NCBI GenBank assembly: GCA_963702145.1
Contig: OY969718.1
Location: 938,247 to 1,002,246, forward strand
Length of the DNA stretch: 64,000 nucleotides
Direction of reading: 5' to 3'
Source of the DNA: an uncultured Alphaproteobacteria bacterium
Lineage (GTDB): Bacteria > Pseudomonadota > Alphaproteobacteria > Rhodobacterales > Rhodobacteraceae
Positions 20,747 to 33,021 of this stretch are shown here, one piece after another. The notes beneath the pieces were generated by a model. It did not search any database, had not been told where the DNA came from, and saw nothing but the letters and a program-made list of their open reading frames with translations. The translations under genes were made by a program, and so were the position numbers. How positions within the stretch are numbered: position 1 is the first letter of the stretch; each line of letters begins with the position of its first letter.

Positions 20747-21424
20747 TCACGCCGCGCCGGCCTGTATCCGCTCCCAGGCGCGGTTGACCGCGACCAGCCG
20801 CTTCTCGGCGAGTTTCACCGCCTCCTCCGGCAGGCCGCGCGCCATCAGCCGGTCGGGATGCGTCTCGCGCACCGCCTGGCGCCAGGCGGCGCGGATTTGC
20901 GGCAGCGGCGTGTCCGGCGCCACGCCCAGCACCTCATAGCAATCGGGCTCGCCCGCGCCGAAGCGGGCTCGGAGCGAGCGGAACTCCCGGTCGTTCAACC
21001 CGAAGATCGCGGCGACACGGGCGAGGAACGCGTCCTCGCCCTCATGGTAGGCCCCGTCCGCCATCGCGATGTGGAACAGCCCGTCCATCAGGTCGCGCAG
21101 CGTCTCGTGATCGTCGGCGAACATCCGGTGGATCCGACGGGCGTAATCCTCGAATCCGGCCACGTCCGTGCGGGCGAGGTCGAAGACGCGGGCGGCGTTG
21201 TCCTCTTCCTCGGGCGGGATGGTGAAGATCTCCCGGAATGCGGCGACTTCGGCCCGGCTCACATGCCCGTCGGCCTTGGCCATCTTCGCGCCGAGCGCGA
21301 TCACCGCGATGGTGAAGGCGACCGAGCGCTCGGGCGGGGCGCGCAGGCGGTCGAACAGATTCGAGAGCGCTTCGCCCGGCGCGAGGCTGCCGAGGGCCGC
21401 GAGGATGCGGGACCAGAGATTCAT
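20747..21424 (-). CDS. djlA: DjlA-like co-chaperone (TerB + J domain)
   Basis: FTIAVIALGAKMAKADG (TerB-like), then YEVLGV...ETHPDRL (HPD J-domain motif). Confidence 0.88.
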   Translation of the reverse strand: MNLWSRILAALGSLAPGEALSNLFDRLRAPPERSVAFTIAVIALGAKMAKADGHVSRAEVAAFREIFTIPPEEEDNAARVFDLARTDVAGFEDYARRIHRMFADDHETLRDLMDGLFHIAMADGAYHEGEDAFLARVAAIFGLNDREFRSLRARFGAGEPDCYEVLGVAPDTPLPQIRAAWRQAVRETHPDRLMARGLPEEAVKLAEKRLVAVNRAWERIQAGAA

Positions 21425-21434
21425 GGCCGCGACC

Positions 21435-22166
21435 CTAGCCGCTCGTCAGCGCGACGAGAACGGCGATCTCGGAAAGTTGCTGCACCGCGCCCAGGACGTC
21501 CCCCGTCTGGCCGCCGATCCGGGCACGGGCGAGACGGCCGAGCGCCCAGAGAACGCCCAGGACTAGCGCGCCGGCGAGCAGACCGTGCGCGCCGTGCAGG
21601 ACGAGCGCCCCGATCGCCAGCGCCACGGCGATGTAGGCCGCGCGTGCGGGGGGCCGCCCGGTCCCGCGCGACAGCCCGTCCGGGCGGGCCGCCGGCAGCC
21701 AGCGCATCGCCACCGCCATCGGCGCACGGCTGACCAGCGCGGCGGTGAGAACGACCGCGAAGAACTGCCCCTGCATCAGCGCCGTCGCCACCAGCGACCA
21801 GCGCAGCATCAGCGACAGGACGAGCGCGATCGTCCCGTAAGTGCCGATCCGGCTGTCGCGCATGATCTCGAGCCGCCGCGCAGGATCTCCGCCGCCCCAG
21901 AGCCCGTCGGCGGTATCGGCCAGTCCGTCCTCGTGCAGCGCGCCGGTGAGCAGGACGGAGACCGCCACCGTCACCGCCGCCGCCACGGCCTGCGTCGCGC
22001 CGAGCCCCCAGGCGAGCCAGCCGCAGGTGGCCGCGACGATTCCCACGAGGAGACCGATCAACGGCCAGGCCCAGGCGGCCTCGGCGGCGCGCGGGGTCGG
22101 CGTGCCCCGGACGGGCAGGCGGGTGAGAAGCATCGCCGCTGCGGTCAGGTCGGATTTCAGGCTCAT
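21435..22166 (-). CDS. cobS: Adenosylcobinamide-GDP ribazoletransferase (cobalamin synthase)
   Basis: LLTRLPV, TGALHEDGLADTADG, LEIMRDSRIGTYG, GGQTGDVLGA. Confidence 0.96.
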   Translation of the reverse strand: MSLKSDLTAAAMLLTRLPVRGTPTPRAAEAAWAWPLIGLLVGIVAATCGWLAWGLGATQAVAAAVTVAVSVLLTGALHEDGLADTADGLWGGGDPARRLEIMRDSRIGTYGTIALVLSLMLRWSLVATALMQGQFFAVVLTAALVSRAPMAVAMRWLPAARPDGLSRGTGRPPARAAYIAVALAIGALVLHGAHGLLAGALVLGVLWALGRLARARIGGQTGDVLGAVQQLSEIAVLVALTSG

Positions 22167-22259
22167 GTCGCACCCGTCTGGTGAAGTGACGCACCGTCGC
22201 ATATCGCTGCCGCCGAAGCCGGTAAAGCCGGCGACGGACCACGAATGACGGAGCATCCC

Positions 22260-23261
22260 ATGACCGACCCCGCCACCTTCGCGGATCTCCGTGCCGCGCT
22301 GGCCGACATGCCCGACCCCGATGCGACCGCCCGGACCGCGGCCGCGGAACGCAACGGGCAGCTGACCAAGCCTCCCGGTTCGCTCGGACGGCTCGAGGAC
22401 CTGGCGATCTGGTACGCGGGCTGGGTCGGCGAGCCGCGGCCCGCGCTCGACGCGCCGCAGGTGCTGGTCTTCGCCGGCAATCACGGCGTCGCGTCGCGGG
22501 GCGTTAGCGCTTTTCCGACCGAGGTGACGGCGCAGATGGTCGGAAACTTCCGCGCGGGCGGGGCGGCGATCAATCGGCTCTCGAACCTGGCCGGGGCGCG
22601 TATGGACGTGCACGCGCTCGACCTCGACCGCCCGACCGAGGACTTCACCGAAGGCCCTGCCATGTCCGAGGCAGAAATGTGCGACGCTTTCGCGACCGGT
22701 TGGCACGCGGTCGATCCGGCGGCGGACCTCCTCGTCACCGGCGAGATGGGCATCGGCAACACGACTTCGGCCGCCGCCATCGCCTCGGCGCTCCTCGGCG
22801 GGACCGGCTGGGCCGGGCGCGGGACGTGGGTGGACGATTCGGGCCTCGCGCGGAAGGAGGCGGCGATCGCCGCGGGCCTCGCCGCCAATCCGGGACGCAG
22901 CGGGTTCGAGGTCCTGGCCGCGCTCGGCGGGCGGGAGATCGCCGCGATGGCCGGGGCCATCGCCGGAGCCCGGACGCATCGCGTGCCGGTCCTTCTCGAC
23001 GGGTTCATCTGCTCCGCGGCGGCGCTCTGCCTTCACGCGGAGGCACCCGGCGCCCTCGATCACTGCCTCGCCGGGCATCTCTCGGCGGAAGGCGCGCATG
23101 CGCGGATGCTGGAGGCGCTCGGTCTGGTCCCGCTGCTCGATCTCGGCCTGCGGCTGGGCGAAGGGTCGGGCGCGGCGCTGGCCATACACATCCTGCGCGG
23201 CGCGCTGGTCTGCCATTCCGGCATGGCCACCTTCGAGGAGGCGGCTGTCTCCGGCGGCTGA
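22260..23261 (+). CDS. cobT: Nicotinate-nucleotide--dimethylbenzimidazole phosphoribosyltransferase
   Basis: [47 protein letters not shown]. Confidence 0.96.
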   Translation: MTDPATFADLRAALADMPDPDATARTAAAERNGQLTKPPGSLGRLEDLAIWYAGWVGEPRPALDAPQVLVFAGNHGVASRGVSAFPTEVTAQMVGNFRAGGAAINRLSNLAGARMDVHALDLDRPTEDFTEGPAMSEAEMCDAFATGWHAVDPAADLLVTGEMGIGNTTSAAAIASALLGGTGWAGRGTWVDDSGLARKEAAIAAGLAANPGRSGFEVLAALGGREIAAMAGAIAGARTHRVPVLLDGFICSAAALCLHAEAPGALDHCLAGHLSAEGAHARMLEALGLVPLLDLGLRLGEGSGAALAIHILRGALVCHSGMATFEEAAVSGG

Positions 23262-23317
23262 GACGGCGATGGGACGCGCACTGCGTTCCGTCGGGCGTAA
23301 CACTCACACGACGAGCG

Positions 23318-23815
23318 TCAGAGGCCGTCGGAGCTACCGGTCCGCCTGTCGCGCTCCGCGAGCACCATCGCCAGCGTGTCGGCCATCGCCTTCGCGCCCG
23401 CCCCGCTCGTCACGCCGCCCACCCCGACGCGCCGGCCCGTCCGCCACCACATGCCGGGCGCCCAGGCCAGGCCGATCGGTCGTGTCAGATGCAGGACGAA
23501 CCCGTTCGACGGCTTGAACGCGAAGACCCCCCGGTCGACCGACGCGATCAGATCCATCGGCGCGATGAGATCGCCGTTCTCTTGCCGCAACCCGCTCGCG
23601 TCGAGCACCAGGGCCTGCGCCGATTCGCACCAGCCCTCCCGGGCGAGGATCAGGACGACGATACCGAGGCCCAGCAGCACCGCGCGCCAGCCGAACGGCA
23701 TGGTCGACGACGCGACCGCGATCCAGACGAGCAGCGCTCCGAGCGCCAGATGGACGGCGAGGCTCGTCGCCCGTCGGGCAAGCGAGGCGTGAAGGACGTG
23801 CAGGGGGTCACTCAT
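23318..23815 (-). CDS. Hypothetical membrane protein
   Basis: Two N-terminal hydrophobic helices, then DRGVFAFKPSNGF and WAPGMWWRTGRRVGVGG. Confidence 0.7.
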   Translation of the reverse strand: MSDPLHVLHASLARRATSLAVHLALGALLVWIAVASSTMPFGWRAVLLGLGIVVLILAREGWCESAQALVLDASGLRQENGDLIAPMDLIASVDRGVFAFKPSNGFVLHLTRPIGLAWAPGMWWRTGRRVGVGGVTSGAGAKAMADTLAMVLAERDRRTGSSDGL

Positions 23816-23878
23816 GCTTCCACGTAGACCTGCGGCCGCGGGCTGGCAATCGCGGTGGCCTGCGGCTACGCATCGCGA

Positions 23879-24628
23879 ATGCTGCACACGCTTCGTCACG
23901 GCCAGGCCACCGACGCGCCTCCGCTCCTGATCGTCCACGGCCTGTTTGGCTCAGCACGCAACTGGACCGCGATCGCCCGGCATCTGGCGCGGGAGCGGGA
24001 GGTCGTGGCCGTCGACATGCGCAATCACGGGGCGAGCCCGTGGTTCGACACGAACGGCTACGCCGACATGGCGGCCGATCTGGCCGAGGTGATCGGCGAC
24101 GTGCCGCACGACATGCTCGGCCATTCGATGGGCGGCAAGGCGGCGATGGTGCTCGCCCTGACCGAGCCCGCCCGGCTGCGCCGCCTGATCGTCGCCGACA
24201 TCGCGCCCGTCGCCTACACGCACACGCAGTCGCATCTGATCGAAGCGATGCGGCGGGTCGATCTGTCCACCGTCACCCGCCGCTCCGACGCCGCCGCGCA
24301 ACTCGGCGACGTGCCCGACGACGGCACGCGCGCGTTCCTGCTGCAATCGCTCGACGTGAAGGCGCGGCGGTGGACTCTCAACCTCGACGCGCTCGAGCGG
24401 GAGATGCCCGAAATCGTCGGCTTCCCCGAGATCGACGGCCGGTTCGACGGCCCGGTGCTGTTCCTGTCGGGCGGGGCGAGCAACTATGTCCGCCCCGAGC
24501 ATCGCGACCGGATCAAGGCGCTGTTCCCCGAGGCCCGGTTCGCGAAGATCCCCGGCGCGGGACACTGGCTCCACGCCGAGAAGCCGCGCGAGTTCGTGGC
24601 GACGGTGGCGGCCTATCTCGACGCGTGA
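23879..24628 (+). CDS. Alpha/beta hydrolase (YbfF-like esterase)
   Basis: HGLFGSARNW, VDMRNHG, GHSMGGK nucleophile elbow, GAGHWLHAE. Confidence 0.93.
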   Translation: MLHTLRHGQATDAPPLLIVHGLFGSARNWTAIARHLAREREVVAVDMRNHGASPWFDTNGYADMAADLAEVIGDVPHDMLGHSMGGKAAMVLALTEPARLRRLIVADIAPVAYTHTQSHLIEAMRRVDLSTVTRRSDAAAQLGDVPDDGTRAFLLQSLDVKARRWTLNLDALEREMPEIVGFPEIDGRFDGPVLFLSGGASNYVRPEHRDRIKALFPEARFAKIPGAGHWLHAEKPREFVATVAAYLDA

Positions 24629-24752
24629 CCGCGCATCCGCAAAAGGGGCTGCATTTCACCCCACACGACCGCATCGGCGGGTGTCCGGCGAAGCGGCGCC
24701 CCGTGCCTTTCCCGGTTGAACACTCCGCGAAACCAATTCACGCCGTTGACGC

Positions 24753-25643
24753 CTAGACCGCCAGCCCCTCCGGCTCCGCGAACCCGTTCGCGCGGCAACA
24801 GGCCGTCAGCGTGTTCGCGAGCAGGCAGGCGATCGTCATCGGCCCGACGCCCCCCGGCACCGGCGTGATCGCGCCCGCGACCTCGGCGCAGCTCTCGAAG
24901 TGGCAATCGCCCACCAGCCGCGACTTGCCGGCCTCGCCCGGCACCCGATTGATTCCGACGTCGATCACCGTCGCGCCCGGCTTGATCCAGTCGCCCGGCA
25001 CCATCTCCGGCCGGCCCACGGCGGCCACGACGATGTCGGCGCGGCGCACGACCGCGCCCAGATCGCGGGTTCGCGAATGCGCCACCGTCACCGTCGCCGA
25101 GTCGCCCAGCAGAAGCTGCGCCATCGGCTTGCCGACGATGTTCGACCGGCCGATCACCACGGCCTCCATTCCGGACAGCGAACCCAGCTGGTCGCGCAGC
25201 ATCAGCAGGCAGCCCAGCGGCGTGCAGGGGACGAGCGCCTTCTGGCCCGTGTAGAGCATGCCCACATTGGAGACGTGGAAACCGTCCACGTCCTTCGCCA
25301 CGTCGATCGCCTCCAGCACCTTGGCCGCATCGATATGCGCCGGCACCGGCAACTGGCAGAGGATGCCATGCACCGCCGGATCCGCGTTGAGCCGGCCGAT
25401 CAACTCGAGCAGGTCCGCCTCGGGCGTGTCGGCGGGCAGGCGGTGCTCGACGCTCTCCATGCCGACCTCGACCGTCTGCCGGCCCTTGTTGCGCACGTAG
25501 ACCGCGCTGGCCGGGTCTTCGCCCACCAGTACGACGGCGAGTCCCGGCGTCACGCCGGCCGCCTTCACCCGCGCGACCTCCTCGGCGATGCGTTCGCGCA
25601 GACGCGCGGCGAAGGCCTTTCCGTCGATGATCTTGGCTGTCAT
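24753..25643 (-). CDS. folD: Methylenetetrahydrofolate dehydrogenase/cyclohydrolase
   Basis: [47 protein letters not shown]. Confidence 0.98.
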   Translation of the reverse strand: MTAKIIDGKAFAARLRERIAEEVARVKAAGVTPGLAVVLVGEDPASAVYVRNKGRQTVEVGMESVEHRLPADTPEADLLELIGRLNADPAVHGILCQLPVPAHIDAAKVLEAIDVAKDVDGFHVSNVGMLYTGQKALVPCTPLGCLLMLRDQLGSLSGMEAVVIGRSNIVGKPMAQLLLGDSATVTVAHSRTRDLGAVVRRADIVVAAVGRPEMVPGDWIKPGATVIDVGINRVPGEAGKSRLVGDCHFESCAEVAGAITPVPGGVGPMTIACLLANTLTACCRANGFAEPEGLAV

Positions 25644-25769
25644 GGGGTCTCCTTCGCTGCGCCGTCGCAGCCATCTATACGCGGCCGCGAGCGGGACGCC
25701 ATCGGGGGGGGGGGCGGGTGCCTGTCCGCGCGTATCCGAAGGCTCTCTACGCGCGGCACGCAGGCGGTC

Positions 25770-26038
25770 CGGCGGAGCCCAGCGGATGGCGGATGCGGCC
25801 TTGCTGCCGATGGCGTCCGGCCCGTCGCCTGGACCCGCGGTCGTCGTCGGTCCCGTGTCGAGGACCAGCTTGCCGTTCGGACGGACCTGTATTCGGTCGG
25901 TCATAGGCTGCGACAGCTTTGCTCGGTCGTGCTCATCGGGGAAAACGCGCACGTCGTCGATGCCGATTGCCGCGCTGGTCAACTCGACCAGTCGCCTCTG
26001 CACAACATGTGCGATCTCGATATCGGTCCTGATGGCAT
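25770..26038 (-). pseudogene. fhs: Relic of formate--tetrahydrofolate ligase N-terminus
   Basis: ATG at 26038 with a missing base, then [10 protein letters not shown]...EHDRAKLSQ...[32 protein letters not shown]. This matches the recalled Fhs N-terminus with the P-loop removed. About 90 codons survive of a ~560-aa gene. Confidence 0.75.
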
Positions 26039-26348
26039 GGCGGTCTCACACGAAGCTGGGCGCGGTCTATGCCTCACGCGTATCCGCGTCCGGATCGCGG
26101 TCATGGCGGAAACCGACATTCCGCCCGCCACCCGCGGCGCGCAACCGGGTCCTGCGGTATCAGCCGCATCGCGGAACCTCGACGATCGATTTGCGATTGG
26201 CTGCCAGCCGTTTCTCCGGAAACCGGCAGAACCGTGTCGAGATGCAGAATGGTCCGACGACGACCGCCATCAGCCTCCTGATCCATCCGGGTTCGCCACC
26301 GGGGTCGTGCTCGCCGCCTGTCAGGCCTTGACCTGACGGGGTGCCGCA

Positions 26349-26930
26349 TCAGGACGCGCGCCACACCCGCTGATCGGGGACATGCAGCCGCACGCCGTCG
26401 CCGATCCGGACGTCACCCACCCGTTCGACCCAGGCCGTCACGCCGCGACGCCCGCGTGCCGCGCGACGGAACGCCTTCGCATCCATGCCGGTCTCCCGCG
26501 CGATGACGGGGCCGGGGAGATGACACGGACGGTTCTGCATGTCGACGGTGATGGTCGCGCCGCTGTCGAATTGCAGACGGGCGGAGGGCAGGAGATGGCT
26601 GAAATCGGGGATCCCGCTCAGCGCCATCGTCGCACCGAGCCAGGCCGGGTCGAGGCGTTCGAGCCCCATGCCCTCGGCAATCTCGGCGAGTTCCTCGGTG
26701 CCGACGAGGGCGAGTTGCCGCGTGTTCCGGATCTCCGTGCCGCGGGGATAGAGGTCGAGCACGCGGCTGCAGGACGGTCGCATCGCGCCACCGTGATCCT
26801 CGCCCGCCGGTCCCGCGAAGTCGAGCCGCAGCTCCGCCGCCGATACGGAAGCGAGACCGGCCGCACGGGAGGGAACCAGTCCGAGCCATTCGACCCGGCC
26901 GACGACATCCGTCCGCGTCAGGGCCGGCAC
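26349..26930 (-). CDS. MOSC domain-containing protein
   Basis: GEDHGG...RPSCSRV, EIRNTRQL, WLGATMALSG, VDMQNRPC, GRRGVTAWVER. GTG start inferred. Confidence 0.9.
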   Translation of the reverse strand: MPALTRTDVVGRVEWLGLVPSRAAGLASVSAAELRLDFAGPAGEDHGGAMRPSCSRVLDLYPRGTEIRNTRQLALVGTEELAEIAEGMGLERLDPAWLGATMALSGIPDFSHLLPSARLQFDSGATITVDMQNRPCHLPGPVIARETGMDAKAFRRAARGRRGVTAWVERVGDVRIGDGVRLHVPDQRVWRAS

Positions 26931-27009
26931 GACGCGACCCGGCGGGAGCCCGACAGCAAACGGCCGGCCCCGCGGGACCGGCCGTCGCCGATACATGGCC
27001 TGATTGCCA

Positions 27010-28923
<1,914 letters not shown>

Positions 28924-28997
28924 GAAGAATACCTCCAAACGGCGCGGGCGATCCCGCGCATGGCTATCCGGGCAAGATAGTCACTTCCCGGTCACGT

Positions 28998-30239
28998 TCA
29001 ACGGCTGATCAGGGTTGCGGTAAAGGCGCGACGCGGCGTCGCGCGCCATCCGGCGGACAGGCCGGCCAGTGGTGCGGCCACGAGCGCGCCGTCCGGATCG
29101 CGGATCGCCGGTGAGGCGAGGAGGGACCGGCGGGGCAGGCCGCTCTCGCGCCACGGCGTCGCCGCCACGTCCGGGCCGAGCGCCCCGATCGCGAGACCCG
29201 GCCCGACGGGCCCGTCGAGGCACCACCGGCCGTCCCAGACCTCCCCGACCGGAACCGGCGGCGCGGTGGCGGCGGCTTCCCGCGCAACCCGCAGGCGACC
29301 CTCCGCCACGGGCCAGAGCACGCAACCACCCAGCGTCCGCACCCCGCCATCGGGCAGCGCGGCCAGCAGACGGTCGATCTCGCCCCTGCGCGGCGGGTAA
29401 CCGTCCCCGCCGATCCAGCGCAGCGCGACGAGAAGGAGGCGCCGGGCCTGCTCGCGCTCGTTCTCGATCAGGTCGACCAGGGCGGGCCGGTCGAACAGCA
29501 GGTCCCCGCGATCCTCGGTAACGATTCCGGCCGCCAGATCGGCCGCGCGTCGCGCGAGGCTTTGACGGGCATCGTCGAGGAAGCCGGCCGTCCGGGCGAG
29601 CGCACTCGAATCGAGATCGAGCGCCGCGATCGCCTGCCGCACCCGAACCCGCTCGAAGGCCGCATCGTCGTTGGACGGGTCCTCGATCGGCGCGATACCG
29701 CATTCCGCCAGATGACGGCGCAGCGTGTCGCGTTCCAGGCCGAGAAACGGACGCCCGAAGGCCGGCGCCGCGCCGAAGCGGTCGGCCATCCGCGCAAGCC
29801 CGTCGATCCCCGCGCCGCGCCGCAGCCGCATCAGCAGCGTCTCGGCGACGTCGTCGGCGGTGTGGCCGAGCAGGATCACGCCCATCTCGTTCCGTCGCCC
29901 CCAAGCCTCCAGCGCGTCGTATCGCGCCGCCCGTGCCCGCGCCTGCAGGTCCGGACCGGGTTCGAGATCGTCGAGGGCCAGCGTCTCGTGCGGGCAGTCG
30001 TGCGACGCGCAGAGCGCCGCGACCCGCCGCGCCTCGTCCGCCGACTCGGCGCGCAACCCGTGATCGACCGTCACGGCGCGCACGACGACGCCCTGTTCCC
30101 GGCCCCAGTCGAGCGACGCCAGCAGCAGCGCCGTCGAATCGCCGCCGCCCGAGACGGCCACGGCCACGGCGCCGGGTGCGCCGTCCGCGAAGAAGTCGTC
30201 GAGAGCCGTCCGCAGGCGGCCCGCGACCGGCGCGGTCAC
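28998..30239 (-). CDS. tilS: tRNA(Ile)-lysidine synthetase
   Basis: VAVSGGGDSTALL, TVDHGLR, ARAARY, GHTADDVAET, DPSNDD...RVRVR. Confidence 0.94.
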   Translation of the reverse strand: MTAPVAGRLRTALDDFFADGAPGAVAVAVSGGGDSTALLLASLDWGREQGVVVRAVTVDHGLRAESADEARRVAALCASHDCPHETLALDDLEPGPDLQARARAARYDALEAWGRRNEMGVILLGHTADDVAETLLMRLRRGAGIDGLARMADRFGAAPAFGRPFLGLERDTLRRHLAECGIAPIEDPSNDDAAFERVRVRQAIAALDLDSSALARTAGFLDDARQSLARRAADLAAGIVTEDRGDLLFDRPALVDLIENEREQARRLLLVALRWIGGDGYPPRRGEIDRLLAALPDGGVRTLGGCVLWPVAEGRLRVAREAAATAPPVPVGEVWDGRWCLDGPVGPGLAIGALGPDVAATPWRESGLPRRSLLASPAIRDPDGALVAAPLAGLSAGWRATPRRAFTATLISR

Positions 30240-31063
30240 GAGCAGCCGAGGCCCGCCTGCGCCGACTGCGCCTGTCCGACCTGCGGCGAATCCGGGAAGC
30301 GGACCGCGACCTCCGACAGTGTGAGGCAGGCCTCGTCCGTCTGCCCCAATGCACCCAGCGCGGTGCCGAGCCCGACCAGCGCCTCCGGCGCGCGCGGGCC
30401 TTCCGGCGTGGCCGAGAACGTCTCGAGATAGGCGCGCGCGGCCTCCGCGTCCTGCCCGGCATTGGCATAGGCCTGTGCCTGGTAGAAGCGGGCATCCTCC
30501 GACAGCGGGCCGGTCGGGTAGGCGGCCAGGAACGTTCCGAACGCCGCGGCCGCGGCGGCATCGTCGCCGGCGTCGAAGGCGGCCTTGGCGGCGTCGAACT
30601 CCGCCTGCTCGCCCGAGGCCAGCGAGGCGCCGCCCGCCGGCGCGTCCTCGACCGGTGCGGGAGCAGACCCGGTCCCGTCGCTCGCGTCTTCCTCCGCGCC
30701 CCCGAGCGGCCCGGGGTTCGGCAAGGTCGCGATGTCGCAGTCCGTCGTCAACTCGCAGAGCTGGAAGCGCAGATCCTCGATCCGGGTGCTGCCGTCCTGC
30801 GCGACGCGTTCGATGCGGAACGACATCCGCTCGGTCGCCTGCGTCAGCCGCTGCAGCTCCGATTCCATCGCGTTCACCCGGTCGAGCACCGTCGAGCCGC
30901 CGACCGAGACGTTGGGTCCGCCGGTCGTGTTCAGCTCGCGCATGAGCCCCTGCATCTCAACGCGGAGCACGGCGAGCTGCTGGCGGATGTCCGCGAGCGT
31001 CTCCTCCTGCTGCGCCGCGGCCGGAAGCGCCAGCACGGAGGCGAGGAGGGCGGCGCGCAGCAT
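30236..31063 (-). CDS. cpoB: Tol-Pal system protein CpoB/YbgF
   Basis: Signal peptide, coiled coil, TPR (FLAAYPTGPL...PRAPEALVGLG). TGATG-coupled to pal. Confidence 0.9.
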   Translation of the reverse strand: MLRAALLASVLALPAAAQQEETLADIRQQLAVLRVEMQGLMRELNTTGGPNVSVGGSTVLDRVNAMESELQRLTQATERMSFRIERVAQDGSTRIEDLRFQLCELTTDCDIATLPNPGPLGGAEEDASDGTGSAPAPVEDAPAGGASLASGEQAEFDAAKAAFDAGDDAAAAAAFGTFLAAYPTGPLSEDARFYQAQAYANAGQDAEAARAYLETFSATPEGPRAPEALVGLGTALGALGQTDEACLTLSEVAVRFPDSPQVGQAQSAQAGLGCS

Positions 31064-31590
31064 CACACGCCCGCCCCGGCGGCGAGCACCGTCACCGCGC
31101 GGCGGTTCTGGCTGTAGCAGGCCTCGGTCGAGCAGATCTGCAGTGGCCGCTCCTTGCCGTAGCTGATCGTGCGCAGCCGGGTCGCGGCGACGCCCTGGCT
31201 GATGAGGTAGTCGCGCGCCGCGTTGGCCCGCCGTCCGCCGAGGGCGAGGTTGTATTCCCGCGTGCCCTGCTCGTCGGCATGGCCTTCGATCAGCGCAGTG
31301 TAGCCCGGATTGGCGTTGAGCCATTGCGCCTGTCCGGCGAGCACGGTCTGCCCCTCGGGCGTCAGGGTGGACTGGTCCACGGCGAAGAGCACGCGGTCGC
31401 CGATGCTCTGCTGGAAGTAGGCGACCGAGGTCGGGTCGCCCGGGCCGCCCGGCACGTAGCCGCCCGCGCCCGCGCCGGTGCCGTAGGGGTCGTAGCCGCC
31501 CGCGCCGGCCCCCGCGCCCGCGCCGCCGAGCCGGTTGCCGCAGCCGCCGAGCGCCAGCGCCGCCATCAGGATGATCGCCGTCGTCTTCAT
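31063..31590 (-). CDS. pal: Peptidoglycan-associated lipoprotein
   Basis: Lipobox LGGC, IEGHADEQGTREYNLALGGRRA, ISYGKERP, QNRRAV. Confidence 0.97.
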   Translation of the reverse strand: MKTTAIILMAALALGGCGNRLGGAGAGAGAGGYDPYGTGAGAGGYVPGGPGDPTSVAYFQQSIGDRVLFAVDQSTLTPEGQTVLAGQAQWLNANPGYTALIEGHADEQGTREYNLALGGRRANAARDYLISQGVAATRLRTISYGKERPLQICSTEACYSQNRRAVTVLAAGAGV

Positions 31591-31600
31591 GTGAAATCCC

Positions 31601-32938
31601 CTATCGAAGTAGCGGACCCCAGGACGGGTCCGAGGCCGCCGCGGGTGTCGCGGCGCGTTGCAGGTTCCGGCCGGTGATGTCGACCGTGTAGAGGGCGGGC
31701 GCGCCGGTCGCGCCAGAGGTCTCGCGGGTGAACATCACGACGCGGCCGTTGGGCGCCCAGGTCGGCCCCTCGTCGAGGAAGGCCCCGGTCAGGAGCCGTT
31801 CCTCCGATCCGTCGGTGCGCATCACGCCGATATGGAAGCGACCCGCATTCTGCTTGGTGAAGGCGATGTAGTCGCCCTTGGGCGACCAGACCGGCGTGCC
31901 GTAGCGCCCCTCGCCGAAGCTGATCCGTTGCCCCTCGCCGCCCCCGGCCGGCATGATGTAGAGTTGCGGCGCGCCGGAGCGGTCGCTCTCGAAGACGATG
32001 CGGGTGCCGTCGGGGGAGAAGCTCGGCGCCGTCTCGATCGAGGGCGCGTCGGTCAGCCGCGACGTCTGCCCGGAGGCGAGGTCGAGGACGTAGAGGTCGG
32101 TATTGCCCGACACCTCCGCCGAATAGACCACACGGCCCCCGTCGGGCGAGAAGCGCGGCGCGAAGCTCATGTTCTGGTCCACGCCGCCGACGGTCGTCTT
32201 CTGCAGCGTCGCCACGTCGATCACGGTCACGCGCGGGAAGCCCGACTCGTAGCCCGTATAGATGATCCGGCTGCCGTCCGGCGAGAAGCGGGGCGCCAGC
32301 ACGATCGCGTCCGACGACGTGAGGTAGGTGACGTTCGCGCCGTCGTAATCCATCACCCCGATGCGCTTCTGCCGCGCGTCCTTCGGGCCCAGCTCCGAGA
32401 CGAAGGTCACGCGGCTGTCGAAATAGGGGTCCTCGCCGGTGATGCGCGAATAGGCGGCGTCGGCCACCTTGTGCGCCATCCGACGCCAGCCCTCGGCCGT
32501 GCCCGCGAATTGCAGCCCGTCGCCCAGCGGCGCCTCGCTGAACACGTCGTAGAGGCGGAACTGCACCACGATCCGCCCGCCGTCCTCCACAAGCACCGAC
32601 CCGGTGATCAGCGCCTGCGCGTTGATCGCCTTCCAGTCCGAGAACTGCACCGGCGCGTCGAAGCTGCCGATCCGGGCGACATGCGCCTCCTGCGGGATCT
32701 CGCGGAAGAGGCCGGTATTGGCGAGGTCGGCGGCGATGACCCGGGTGATGTCCTGCGCCAGCCCTTCCGCCGCCTCGTTGCGCGCCACGAAGGTCGGGAC
32801 GGCGAAGGGCAGGGGCTCGATCACGCCGTCGGTGATCTCGATCCGCAGCGGGCCGGGACTGTCCTGCGCCATTGCGGGCCCGGCGAGGACCAGCAGGGCG
32901 GCGAGGGCCCGGAGGAATGTCGTCAACCGAAGCGTCAT
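31601..32938 (-). CDS. tolB: Tol-Pal beta-propeller protein TolB
   Basis: [28 protein letters not shown], and PD40 repeats ([30 protein letters not shown]). Confidence 0.97.
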   Translation of the reverse strand: MTLRLTTFLRALAALLVLAGPAMAQDSPGPLRIEITDGVIEPLPFAVPTFVARNEAAEGLAQDITRVIAADLANTGLFREIPQEAHVARIGSFDAPVQFSDWKAINAQALITGSVLVEDGGRIVVQFRLYDVFSEAPLGDGLQFAGTAEGWRRMAHKVADAAYSRITGEDPYFDSRVTFVSELGPKDARQKRIGVMDYDGANVTYLTSSDAIVLAPRFSPDGSRIIYTGYESGFPRVTVIDVATLQKTTVGGVDQNMSFAPRFSPDGGRVVYSAEVSGNTDLYVLDLASGQTSRLTDAPSIETAPSFSPDGTRIVFESDRSGAPQLYIMPAGGGEGQRISFGEGRYGTPVWSPKGDYIAFTKQNAGRFHIGVMRTDGSEERLLTGAFLDEGPTWAPNGRVVMFTRETSGATGAPALYTVDITGRNLQRAATPAAASDPSWGPLLR

Positions 32939-33021
32939 GGTCTCCCTTTCGGTATCGCTGTCCCGTATCGCCAAAGCGGCGGGGTTACTCAATGGCCCCG
33001 AACGGAATACGCGTCGCGGCA

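Noticed and set aside
26040-26345. 36-aa ORF with an AGGAGG RBS (MAVVVGPFCISTRF...) between MOSC and the fhs relic
   Set aside because: Atypical codons and no motif. It cannot be told apart from decayed sequence.
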